A DNA stretch of 64,000 nt from Guillardia theta CCMP2712 (Eukaryota > Protista > Cryptophyta), in the NCBI RefSeq assembly GCF_000315625.1, contig NW_005434493.1:28964-92963 (forward strand), read 5' to 3'. Within the stretch, counting starts at the first letter, position 1, and the number at the start of each line of letters is the position of its first letter. Shown piece by piece: positions 13,930 to 26,600 of this stretch. The notes below the pieces were generated by a model, which made no database searches, was not told the DNA's origin, and saw only the letters and a list, made by a program, of their open reading frames with translations. The translations under genes were made by a program, and so were the position numbers.

Positions 13930-16900
13930 GTAAAATTGCAAATTCGCTGATAGTCCATCTGCATGCTTTGTTATTACCATCACAGCATACAAACTGTTTT
14001 CTGACCCTGTGAAAGATCCTGCCAGAAATGTGCGCGGATTTTGACCTGAAGGACATCGATATGTGCCCCCGAGGAGGGAGCGAGATCGCAAAGGGACTTT
14101 GAGATCGAGAAGCCTGGAGGCAAGGTCAGCGTTCAAACGGGCAACATTTAGCTTCACAGGTCAGCCCCTCGTTCGCCGCACGCAATGCACTGGTCTGGCA
14201 CGATCTCCACGCCCGGGTGCTCTTGGTGCAACTTTGACAACTTCGTGATGGGCCCAGGCTTGAGTCGGAACAGGAACGAGTCGTTGGTGAGCCCAACAGA
14301 TCTCCTCCTGACAGCCGGTTTAGGGCTGAAGCATCCGAAGACGTGGTCCTCAACTCGGACAATAACCAGCAGCGGCGCATTCAGGGTGAGACGAGGAGAT
14401 TTGAGCAGCTCGCTCTCGAACCCGTCGCGCGATGCCAGGAATGTCGTCATGCCCACAGTCAAACGTTTGCATCCTGTCCACTCCAGCAAAGTGCTCAGCT
14501 GCTCTTCATTGAGCCCAAGACGTTGTGAGAAGCTAAAATGTCTGCTTGTCGCTCGTCTCTCCTCCAATGGCCCAGTAGGCCCATGCTCTGAGTCATTTAT
14601 CGCGAGCCTGACGTGTTCTTCCCCTTCATCAGCGGGGGTAAAGTCGCCCGGAGACAACTTGATCTGCCCTTGTCTGTCGACAAACACGGCAAGCTCGGTT
14701 GCCTCGAACGAAGTGAGGCCCCTCAACCACTCGCTTCCCTCCACCTCTTCAGGGGCACTGAAAGTGGCTCCGAGCTGCAGCAAACATTTCGTCCGGTTTC
14801 GCAAGTCCAAGAAGAGGTCTGGACCTCTTCCAAAGATGAGACCAGAATCGTAGAACTTTCCGTCGATTAGTTGTAGAGTACAAGAATGAAGAATAGCAAA
14901 TGCAGCATGGCGCTTCAAAGGACATTTCACAAACTGAGGAACCTGCGGATCTTGCGTCTGAAACGAGAAGAGGAAGGCATCAGCATCTGTCTTATAGCCT
15001 CCATACCGCGACCATGGGATTGAAGAGAACGCACCCATGTAACAAGAGCTTTCTTTTCCCTTGGTTCGGATTCTGCAACTCACAAGAAAGAATATTTTCT
15101 CGAGATTCTCGAGCGTGCTGTGTAGTATATTGATATTCCAGTTTTCTTTTGATGCCAGGTAAACCAGATTTTCATGAGAGAGAGTCTGTCGTATCCCCTC
15201 TTCTAAGCATTTCTTCTCCTCGGCATTCAAGCTCATAGATGGCGATAAATTCAATGTCTGTGAGAAATTATTTTGCCACGGGACGTGTTGTTCATGCACT
15301 GAGGAATAATTTTCGCTTTCAACGATGCTCGTCCTTCTTGAAAGTGCATAATCGACTTCTCTGATTCTTTCTCTAACAGAATTTCTTGCGAAGTGACACC
15401 TTACAGCCAACTGTATCACCATGACTGATCGCATGAATCTCATTCTGATGCGCTTGGGCCACCCGAAGTCTTGTGGGATGGGCATAAAGTGCGAGTGTTT
15501 CACGTAGTAAACTGTAAGTCTCTTGTACATGCGCAGAGTTGTCGGGTGTCCCACCATCTTGTGCGCAAGGAACGCGAGGGAAACAGGAAGTTCCATGGCC
15601 GACAAGCGACGAAACTTCACCAACAGAAACAATCGATGCAGGTGCCCTCGGAACACGCTCTGCAACAGCATGGCAGACGAGAATGCTTGGTGCGAATAGG
15701 GTGCATGAGTCCGATCACACTTGAAAACTCTCTCGGCAATTCGTAGTTTGTCTCCTCGCCACGCGAAGTCTTGCTGGAAGTTGAAGGCCAGCTTTGAGCT
15801 CAACCTCCTGACCTGACTTCGATCTACCTGATTCGCTGGGAATGCGGAGAAGGGACGACTCGGCGAGTCTCGTCTTGTCACCTGCCTTGGAATCGCCGTC
15901 ATCGGTCGAGCGGGTCGCGGGGAGGTTGCTGTTGGAGATGAAAACGACGATGGCGCATCGTCTGCACAGATGGCGTTACCAAGAAAGAACAATCGTGGCT
16001 GATTCACCTTGCTTGTTTTTGCTCTGTACCTCCGCCAATGTCTTTTCTACATATCCCGGGTGCTTGCTTGTGGTGATATCAAGCATGTCGTGAAGGTAAA
16101 GAATCCCGTCGTCGGATGATCTCTTACTCCAGCCCGGAGGCAAGGATCCATCTCCAATCAGAATTTTGATGACATACATGGGGGCTGAAGTGACGAGGGA
16201 GTTGACGGCACAGAACGCTTGGAGGGTGAGGAGATACTTGGAGAAATACTTGTAGAGCGGCTCCCACGTTTCCCTTCCCTTCCGCATGTCTACCACATGC
16301 ACTCGAATCTTTCTTTCGGGAAAGTTCGCTGGAAAACTCACCATGTCCTTTGTGCACCTTGCACAGACTCCCTCCCATTCAGCACAGGGGCAGCTTCCGA
16401 ACCTCTGGTCGAAGTCGAGCACGAAGCCACCTGTCCTTGCGACAGCCTCATCCATGAACCCTTGCAGCGTCAGGTCGTATGTCGACGCCTCGAGCTGCGT
16501 GCGAACCCCGACGGGTTTACCTCTTGAGAGCAGCACGACTCCCTTCAAGGTCACAAACTCACTCGGCGCCTCGGAGCTTCTCCGCACGCGGATGGCACAA
16601 GCGGGGCCTTGAACAACGTGGAGCAGATCCTTGTCGTCCAGAAACTCTCGGAGGTGACGGACGCACTGGTCGTTGTCTTCCAGCCAGACCTGAGCCAAGT
16701 CATCGCAAGCACTTGGGATGAGAAGAAATAACCTTTAAGCTCTTCGCTCGATCTTCCACAACAAGACGACCTGAAGTTCATAAGATCAAAACTTTCATAC
16801 CAACATCGAGTTGCAGACCATATCTCTCCAGTCCGCAAGAATTTCTAGTTTTTATTTTGCATCCATCGTATCTCATCCATTGTTGCGTAATGTTTGAACT

Positions 16901-18420
16901 GTTACTATTCCTCCTTGCAGTTGACAGGGCAGGCACAGTGCTGCTCTGTGGGCTTCTTACTTTAGATGACATCGAAGACCTTTTGATGTCTTTGTAGTTA
17001 GACGCTATCGCTGATTCAACCTGACCCTCGCTCCACATGACTTCATCGTCGGCTGAATGATCGTTATGATGGTATTCGAACGTGATTTTGATGTCCTTGA
17101 CATTGCTTGTTATCTTTCCATTGCGCAACTCAGATGCCATGTCATAAAACTGCTCACTGAGCTCATTGTAAATACCATCCAAGCTTCTGGAAGTCGCTTG
17201 CAATGCACGAGACATATCTATGAACACTATGATGGAACCAAGTTGAAGTCTGTCGACTATGATCTAAATATCTTCAGTCAGCCAGTGTGTGGTACATGCC
17301 AGTATACGCTTACCTCTTCAGGTCTCAGGTCCAAACAGTTTGCAAGCTCATTCTGAAGCTTTGCAACGAAGTAATCTTTAATTGCCATGATTTCCTTGTA
17401 GTTCATGTCTAATTCGAGGATCAGCATGGGACGCACAGAAATTTCCTCGTTGACTGGTGCTTCTTCTTCTTCCTGACTGGTGGAACCGTTAGAAAGCGCC
17501 TCTAGTTGTTGGTCGCCTTGTTCAGAATCTTTGTCAAAAATTTCAAAGCGCTGAGCATTTATGGATGAACGCTGTTTCCATCGGTCGAATGGCGGCTTGC
17601 CGTCGAGCTCTCCTTCTCTCGATAAGTAGATATCTTTGTCTGACATGATGGCTTGTTGCTCGTGCTGCCCCCTATTATCGTGTTTTGCACTTGAAGGACG
17701 CGCAGGTCTGGTCGAGGGTGCTGCCAAGCTCTGTCTGCCTGCTTTGAAGTGCGATGGAGGCGTTAAACTTGAAGGGCTTGGAACTTTATCGGGAGAAGCT
17801 GCAGCATGCTGCAACTGCAACGCCTTGCGAGATGAAACAACTGACCTTGCCTTGTGCGCCAGGTATGCCAAGCCTATGACCGAAGACGCTGACAACATGA
17901 CGGTGAAGTCACGTCGTAGCAAACATCGTTTGATCGATGCTGCTATCACCTCGGCTGCGGAGATTTCATTCCATACCAGCACGACGTCGAGCCAGTCGCT
18001 GAGCATGAGAGGAGCATGCTGACGCTTCTTACCATCACCCGGCAACTGCTTAAGGTCGAAGTGGACCTGCAGCTCCGTCAACTGGAACTTTTGTTGAGCA
18101 CCTGCTCGGCCCCAGGCTGCCTCGCGATGGAGAACATTGCTAGAGGAGCTTGAAACTTGGAAGTCGATTTGAACAACCAAGTCCTCTGATATGTGAAGCT
18201 TCGGGAATGCAGAACGGGCATCTCTTCGATTGCAGCTATGCTTGTCGCCAAGCTGATCCTGGAGGATCGTTCCCACTGCATGGCCAGATTCTTCTCGCTC
18301 TAGTCTCCCGTGGTCCTGATAGTAAACGCGAGAGAGCTCTCGTTGATCTGCAAGAGCCTTTCCATCAGGTAGGTCCAGGTCAACGACGAAAGATGCGGAA
18401 AGACGGCGAAAACTTTTCAT
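13930..18420 (-). CDS. Large multi-exon protein with IQ motifs, a WW-like domain and two TLDc domains (may be more than one gene)
   Basis: IQ-like LQSVFRGHLHR and IQLAVRCHFAR; WW-like LPPGWSKRSSDDGILY..TTSKHP; TLDc YLASKENW..MGAFSS..AFLFS and FLASRDGF..FGCFS..SFLFRL. Ends approximate. Confidence 0.65.
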
Positions 18421-18805
18421 CTCCCTCAGTCAAGGCTGCTTCCGAACTTGCTCGACCATCTGTAATGCCGCGATTAGGACATCGTGGCACTTCGATCATC
18501 CAACACAAAAGCTTGTTCTGTGACGTGCATGTAGGAAATTCTATCCATCGCAAGCACTTCGCTCCTGTTGTTGCAAGCCATGCAGACGGTCTCGGAAGCC
18601 TACTAACGGGCGGGCACTCGTCGAGTCGGAGAAGTCGAGCTGACCTCGTGAGAGTATAATGAAAGAAACAAGGGCAGCAAGTACTTAATAGTCTTTCCTT
18701 CCAGTACACCACTGGTGCCTTGAAAGACCGATGTCCACCGATGACGGTCCGATAATCACACGGCGGCGGCGCGGCACTACGCCGGGCCACGGGCTTTTAT
18801 TAGTT

Positions 18806-18870
18806 TTTACTCAAAGTTAAGTTAAAAATCAGTACAAGGACAATCAGGAGACCGTCTGTAGGGGAGTCGA
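18806..18870 (-). repeat. Copy of the dispersed repeat terminus (TTTACTCAAAGTTAAGTTAAAAATCAGTAC.AGGACAATCAGGAG)
   Basis: Near-identical to 47746-47779 and 57536-57588, and to the reverse complement of 5798-5818 and 48144-48176. Confidence 0.85.
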
Positions 18871-19195
18871 GAGTTATTTAGGGGTGGGTCACCACCGACC
18901 CGGTCCCGGACCGAACGGTCCCGGCCGCTCAGTGATCGGACTCAGACGGCTTCGGTAACCTGCGGGCCCGGCCGGGCCGGCGAAGCCTTGAACGGTTGTC
19001 GGCGGATCATCGGATCTTTTGCGATCCCCGAGAAGCAGACTTATTTTTACTCACATTTGAGCTAATTAGATAATTTGTAGTTAAAATAAAGAGAAAGCTG
19101 TTAAAATAAAGAGAAAGCTGTTAATTTAGTTTAAAAGCAAGGAGGGCCTTATTAATAAAGAAGCGGCCCCTGCTTCCACCAGAGGCCGACAGAGG

Positions 19196-20559
19196 ATGGT
19201 GAAGTCAAGCAGTTCTTCTTCAACCCTCTTCCCCAATACCCTCATCATTTCCTTCACCTCCTCCTCCTCATCTTTTCTCTCCTCCTCCTCCTTATCTTTT
19301 CTCTCCTCCTCCGCCAATCTTCTTCGCCTCCTGCTCCTGTGCCCACGTGCCCTTCTCCCATCTTCTTCACCCCTCGAAAGAGGGACGAAACTGATTACTT
19401 GTCTCCTTGACTTCTCGAGAACTGACCCCTTCAGCGATGCTGTTGTGTTGTTTCTTTCTTTTCATACGCGATTTCTCGTCGCATTTCCTTCTACAATTTC
19501 TTTGTTGTCTTGCTGGAACTGTACGACTTTCCAACCACTGCTGCATTCCTCTCTTTTGCTCGTCTCGTGACTATCTGTGACAGCGTACTCTCCTGCTTCT
19601 TGCTACTATTGCATGCTCGTCGGCATGGATGCCTGCTGCTCCTGTTGCGAACCTCGGGCTCAGGACACGTGCGACCCTTCCGCTCAGCAGCAAGAGGAAC
19701 ATGGCTCCTCGTGCCATGACCAGGGTCAACATGCTCGGAAACCTCTTCGGAGGTGGAGCAGGTGGAGGCCCAGCTGGAGGAAAGGTGGTCTCTAAGTGCT
19801 TCTTTGATATCGAGATCGGTGGCAAGCCTGCAGGTAGGATGTTGTCCATCTCGGAATTGACATGACTGAAGCTTGGGAACAGGGCAGATCAAGATCGGCT
19901 TGTACGACGAGGTGAACATGACGCTGCTCGTGTTGTTGTTGATGATGTTTGCCATCAGGATGTGCCCAAGACTGCTGAGAACTTCAAGAAGCTCTGCACG
20001 AAGGAGCTTGGTACCTCCTTGCACTGCCGTAGAGAAAGAAACTCAATGCTTTGATCAGGCTTCGGATATGAGGGCAGCGACTTCCATCGCGTGATCGCAG
20101 ATTTTATGCTGCAAGGAGGTGATTTCACCCGCGGAGACGGCACAGGAGGCAAATCGATCTACGGAGAGAAGTGAGGTTTGTAGAAAAGCTTCTGTCTTGT
20201 AAGTCCATCGTCAGGTTCGCCGACGAGAACTTCAAGTTTAGGCACGCCAAACCCGGCCAGCTCTCCATGGCTAACGCGGGCCCCAACACCAACGGGTCTC
20301 AGTTCTTCATCACGACTGTTCCCTGCCCATGGCTTGACGGAAAGCACGTCATCTTCGGCGAGGTAGACCACACTGTCTGCCGCTCCCTGGTGATGCTCCA
20401 CAGGTGCTCGACGAGCAGTCGATGAAGGTCGTCAAGTTGATCGAGTCTCAGCCAACTGTGAGTAATGCCGCTAGCTAACAATCTGTCTGACGTCACTCAC
20501 AGGACATGCGCGATCGTCCCAAGGCTGGTGTCAAGATCGTCAAGGCGGGGGTCTTGTAA
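19196..20559 (+). CDS. Plastid-targeted cyclophilin-type peptidyl-prolyl isomerase
   Basis: ATG|GT first coding exon spliced to 19584 gives [15 protein letters not shown]|[58 protein letters not shown]. Confidence 0.93.
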
Positions 20560-20633
20560 AAATGCAGTTGCGCGTAGCAAGTCATCAGGGATTTAGTCTT
20601 ATGATTGAAGGAGACCAGTGTCCCTTTTTTGTC

Positions 20634-23600
20634 TCATGCATCTTTGAACGAGAGCGTTCCATCCTCACCAGCTCCTGTCACGAAGGAGGCGCCTTCCACC
20701 CGATCGCCCCATGCATACAGCTGGTTCAGCCGGTAACTGCCATCTCGCTCGGTCAGGCGTTGCAAGGAGTGAACAACAAAGTCCACCTGTTGAACCATCT
20801 TCTCGTCATCTGAACGCGCACCCACTGCAGAGCCGTCAGGGCCAGCAGAGGAGGGGAAGGAGATTTGTCTTGCCTGGACTCCAGTAGAGGGCAGAGCTGA
20901 TCGGATCATCATCGAGCTCTCGTCTCGAAGCATGATCGTGTCGACCCTGTCCGTCCCGTAGGCCGCATAGACGTGCTGCATGTGGGTCACAAACGGCCGC
21001 GTTCTCCCGCTTGCCTTACTGTGACGTGCTCCTCCTCTTCCTTCACCTTCCCTTCCTCGCTTTCCTCCATGGAAACACCTCGATGGACGAGAAACCATTG
21101 ACGCCCCTCTTCGCTTAACTGGCTCAACCTTGAGCGTACAGATCCTCCCCATCTTCGCACTTACCTGGACTGTGTAGCACCTAGCTGAGAAGTTTGAGCG
21201 CCAGTGCCTGCGTTGAGTCAGGACTGCAGGTAGCAAATCTCTACTTCCACGCACAGCTCGATTCGCTGCAGTGAAAATTTGGTCCCCAGGTTGACCTCGA
21301 CGACCACGCTGTCGACCCTGCAGGACAGTAGCGTCAAGCACAAGATGATCAGGAGACAGAAAGGCAGGGAGGAGCAGGTCAAGAGAGGTCGAATACCCGG
21401 GACTTGACATCCAGAACGTGCTGCGGTTTGCCCCGCCGTCAAGAGCATTCCCAAAGTGATACGCTCCTCTCGCATCCGTCGGAGCTGAAGGCAGACTTCA
21501 GCAACACCAACCCAAAAATGAAGGAGAAGGAGAAGGAAGAGGATGAGCAGGAAGAGGAGCAGAAGCATCAAGAGTTGAGGAGGAGGATAAAGGGAGCGGA
21601 AGCAGCAGGATGAAAGGAGGAGCAGCAGGAGGATCAGCAGAAGCTGTAAATCACGAGACTTGGAAGATTCACCTGTTGATGTGACTTGATACTCGCAGTG
21701 TCGAGCTGCGTTCTGGACCTGCAGGAGACGCATCGCAACACTAAGAGGAGCACAACTATCTCCTCCTATCTCCTTGCAATGACTTGCCTCCTGCTTCTTT
21801 GCCATCAACTTCGCATTGTCCACATTCTTCTTCGTCCTCGGTGGCGCGAGCGCGCTCTGAAGTCAGGTGAGCAACAGCCAGGCGAAGCGGGAGGAGAGGG
21901 GAGGAGAGACGAAGAGAGGAGGAGAGGGGAGGAAAGAAGAAGCAAGGATAGGACAAGAGAGAAGGGAGGAGAAGAGGGAAGGGGAGGGGAGGAGGGGAAA
22001 GGAAAGGGGAGGGGAAGGGTAGAAGAAATGAAAGAAATGACACCAGAGGAAGGGAGAAAGATTAGAAAGGGTATGGAAGGAGGGAGGAACTGGGGGAGAC
22101 CTGATCGAATTCGTAGACGATGTTGTAGGACAAGTAGTCTCGGATGGATTTGATACCACCAACGATGATGTTCTTAGGTGGATCCTGATAATGCAGAGCT
22201 GAGGGAAGGAAAAGTGAGAGTTTCAAGTCACTTTCAGCGGATTGTTGTGCAGTCGAAGATCATCGAGCCTTGTCAACATGCCGATAACGACCTGGCAATC
22301 AGCTCAGTGAGCAAGAGAGCAAAAGAGAAAGTGAGAGGTAAGTCAACAAGAGGAAGCAAGGGAGAGAGTCAGAAGTAGCAAGGAGGAGCGAATAGGTACA
22401 GGGATAGCAGAGATCTGATTGCCGAATAGCCACAAGCTCTGTGAACCAAGAGCAAAGGTAAGTAGGAGTCATTGTGATGATGAACAAGCATCTGTCCACC
22501 TCTCCCTCTTCCACTTCTCCTGCCCTCACCTCAAGGGAAATCAGTCCGGCCAACCACCAAGCAGTTCCGAGTTTCAGACGATTGTTGCCGCTGTGAACAG
22601 AATCAGCTTGTCCTCTTCTTCTGCTTTCCTCCTTCTCCCTTCATCTACTCCGATCTATCTGTGTTTCTGCGACGAACTACACATCTTCTCCCTCGCAATT
22701 TGCTCTTCCCGTCCCCCCTCTGGCCTCTCTCTACCCCCCCTCCCCCCCCGCCCCCTTGATGCGTACAGGGCAAGCTTCGTCATCCCTGTCAGCCTTCCGA
22801 GCTCTTCGGGAATGTTCTCAAGCCTGCAGTAGACAGCATCACAACGTTGAAGTCTCGGTCATCTTACTCTCCCCTCCCTTGCCTGCTGCTGCTGCTGCTG
22901 CTCTTTTTCATCCCATCCTCCTCCTCCTCCTCCTCCTCCTCCTCCTCCTCCTCCTCCTCCTCCTCATCATCATCATTCTCATCCTCATTCTAATCGCCGT
23001 ATCCGTGAACTTCGTGATTGTATGAACGACCTGTTCCCATTGAGGGATAGCGAGATGATTCTGCTTTGCGCATCGGGTAAGCCAACCGAGCAAGACCGAG
23101 ACAAGACTTGCCTTGAGCAGTTGCCAATTGACTTGTTCACTTCCAGGAGTTTGTTGTCATCTACCAGCACAGAATCATCGACATCAGGACAAGCAGAACC
23201 TACCGACACAAAGTTCTGTCAGGTTGGTGCAATGGAAGAGAGTGTCGGGGAGACGATCAATGCTGTTGCGTTCCTGCAAAGCTTGTGAGGACGAGCAACA
23301 AGGGATGAGCCTCAGCACCAGGTGGAGAGTTTCCAGCGCTGTCATGTTGTGTATTCTTGGATTGATCTGACGTCCTCGTCAACTAGGCTATAGGGGAAAC
23401 AATCACGCACCGTAGTGATCTGATTGCCCGACAAATCCAGGTATCTGCCCATATGTCAGACTTCGATCTCACAGATCACACTACATGTATTACTTGATGT
23501 TGTAAGAGAACCGCGGGTCATCCACAAATTCAGTTGGAAACAACAGGAGTGACATGTTGGCCTGCACATAACATTAGTCATAGCGAGAAAGATCACTCGT

Positions 23601-26600
23601 CTTGTTCACCAATTCGCATATTCCTGTGTGCTCAGATGTTGCAATTCTCTTCCAATACTTTCTGAGAGTAGGAAACCTGAGGATGCTCAATCAGGGCCAG
23701 AAGCAAAAGAATCCAACGGGACTGAGATTAGATAGGCACAAGACAGAAAGAAGGGAATCTGAAGTCAATAGCGAGGATAAGAGCGATACGAACCCTTCGG
23801 TTTGAAAGTCGACAGGTGGATGCTTGAGGTTATTCCCGTTCTAAAACCAACTTCACCAACCCATCAAGTTTTTACCTGTCTTCTTACAATAGTGAAAGAC
23901 TGAAGCATGTCTAGCGTGTGCATCTCAAAGGGGAGGATCGAGATCTGATTGTTGTCAAGAAACAGCTCTCTCAAGCATGTCTGCGCCATCTCCTCAACCA
24001 CGAGGTGCACAGTGAACCATGTCAACACCTGCCATCGAGGAAAGCACTTGGCCGGCAGCTCTGAGATGACGTTGTTCTTGGCGGAGAGAGACTGCAGGAC
24101 ACCCTTGAAGGGCTGAACCAGCCCAGCAGCAGCTCACCTGAAGGTTGACCAGATTGCCGAGGAAGTGGACGGGGTAGCGGTCGATGGAAGGGGTGGGGAG
24201 CTCGTCGTACGGGCCCACCAGACGGAGAGGGTCCAGAGGCTCCTCCCAGTGAGGAGTGCGACCCTGCGAGGGTAGAAGAGACGAGGGTGAAAACCGGAGA
24301 AGAGGCGCTAGGAAAGCACGAGAGGACAGAAGCTGAGGAGGAGGAGGAGGAGGATGAAATGGAGGAAAGGTTCGAGGTAGGGGGGGAGGATGTACAGGTT
24401 CTTGTGGTGGTGGCAGAGCCAGAGGAGGTAACGGAGGGAAAGGAGACGAGAGAAAAGAGGGAGGAGGGATCGGGATCTTTATACCTTTGGAGTTCCAATA
24501 TGGCGATAAGCAAGCTTTCCGCCGCCGACGATGACAGCCTGATGGTTGGATGGTCAGAAAGGATGAGATGGTGGCTGAAGGCCACATACAAGGCAAGCGA
24601 GAGCAAGGAAGAGAAGGAGGAGGAGGAGAGAGGATGGAAAGGGAAGAGGGGAGGGGGGAGGGAGGACGGGGGAGGAGNNNNNNNNNNNNNNNNNNNNNNN
24701 NNNNNNNNNNNNNNNNNNNNNNNNNNNNNNNNNNNNNNNNNNNNNNNNNNNNNNNNNNNNNNNNNNNNNNNNNNNNNNNNNNNNNNNNNNNNNNNNNNNN
24801 NNNNNNNNNNNNNNNNNNNNNNNNNNNNNNNNNNNNNNNNNNNNNNNNNNNNNNNNNNNNNNNNNNNNNNNNNNNNNNNNNNNNNNNNNNNNNNNNNNNN
24901 NNNNNNNNNNNNNNNNNNNNNNNNNNNNNNNNNNNNNNNNNNNNNNNNNNNNNNNNNNNNNNNNNNNNNNNNNNNNNNNNNNNNNNNNNNNNNNNNNNNN
25001 NNNNNNNNNNNNNNNNNNNNNNNNNNNNNNNNNNNNNNNNNNNNNNNNNNNNNNNNNNNNNNNNNNNNNNNNNNNNNNNNNNNNNNNNNNNNNNNNNNNN
25101 NNNNNNNNNNNNNNNNNNNNNNNNNNNNNNNNNNNNNNNNNNNNNNNNNNNNNNNNNNNNNNNNNNNNNNNNNNNNNNNNNNNNNNNNNNNNNNNNNNNN
25201 NNNNNNNNNNNNNNNNNNNNNNNNNNNNNNNNNNNNNNNNNNNNNNNNNNNNNNNNNNNNNNNNNNNNNNNNNNNNNNNNNNNNNNNNNNNNNNNNNNNN
25301 NNNNNNNNNNNNNNNNNNNNNNNNNNNNNNNNNNNNNNNNNNNNNNNNNNNNNNNNNNNNNNNNNNNNNNNNNNNNNNNNNNNNNNNNNNNNNNNNNNNN
25401 NNNNNNNNNNNNNNNNNNNNNNNNNNNNNNNNNNNNNNGAGGGAGGAGGAGGAGAGACGCGATCGGTTTCGTGTGCACGTCAGAGATGCAGACGCAGAAA
25501 GGGAAGAGGGAAGAGAAACGTGGGTACCTCAAACGGAACGGCAAGAAGCGAGAAGCCGGAGATATCAATCTGACTCGCTTCCTTGCCCGCCTGAAGCTTT
25601 GAGAGGTAGGACAGCACGTTCTGACACCCTCCTGCCAGCCACGCCATCACAACAGCCTCCAGAAGCGAGCAATGGCGTCACCGACGAGAACTTCAGTGGG
25701 AGGAGATTTGAGAGGAGAGTTGTCGAGCTTGAGCTCCCTGAGGTTCGTCAGGTAGCAGAGCTCTGGCGGCAGCATCGTCGTCTGACTCACTCTCAGTCCC
25801 AGCCAGTATGGAGCGGGAGAGGAGGACAAGATTAGGGAGAGGAAGACGTGCAGAAAGCAACCAGGAGCATGCAGGAGGAGGAGAAGGTGGAGGAGGAGGT
25901 GGAGGAGAGAGAGAAGGGAGGAGTGAGGAGTTAGGAGCAGATAAGAAGGGAGAGTAACCTCTGTAAGCGGGAGCCATAGTCTGATCAGAGAGGAAACGAA
26001 GCTGAGAGAAGGGTTGACGACTAGAAGTTTGTTGCAGTCAAGCCGGAGGACTGACAGATGTCGAAGGCTGCCGAGGGAGGTGGGGAGAAAGCGAATGAAG
26101 TTGCTGTCGAGGAAAAGCTTCTCGAGCTTGGAGCACTCGGAGAGAGAGCTCTCGACTTCTTGCAGTCGATTCTTAGAAACAGAAAGAAACACCAGCTGCT
26201 GCAGCATCGGGATCCAGTCCGGCAGCCTGTCCAGCTGATTCTTCTCCAAACTCAGTCGAGTCAAGTTGGTCAAGACGTGGAAGGACTTGGGGATGCGGGT
26301 GATGCTGTTGCCGTCGAAGAGAGCAGTATGGACAAGGAGCGGCTCGGGTAGTCCTCTCCTCACATACATCATCCCCTTAGTCGTCAGCCCGAAGTCTCGC
26401 ATGTCGAGCTCGCCGTGTACCGATTCCTTGAGGTTCTGAAGGAACTTGAGGAGGAGGTGGATGCTGATGTCGACGAGCTCCTCCGGGATCATCTCCCAGG
26501 GGTTGTCGCGGATGTTGAAGCGCTCCAGGCTCTTGAGGTTGGCGAACTCGAGAGGAATCTTGCTCATCCGGTTGTGGGAGATGTCAAGGTCAGTCAGCTG

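Noticed and set aside
18806-18850. Repeat terminus as an SL RNA or snRNA gene
   Set aside because: No convincing Sm site (GATTTTTAA, not AU4-6G) or conserved donor; the link to the RLE 3' end explains it better.
19080-19124. 20-bp tandem duplication (gttaaaataaagagaaagct)x2 as a target-site duplication
   Set aside because: The copies are adjacent and do not flank an element.
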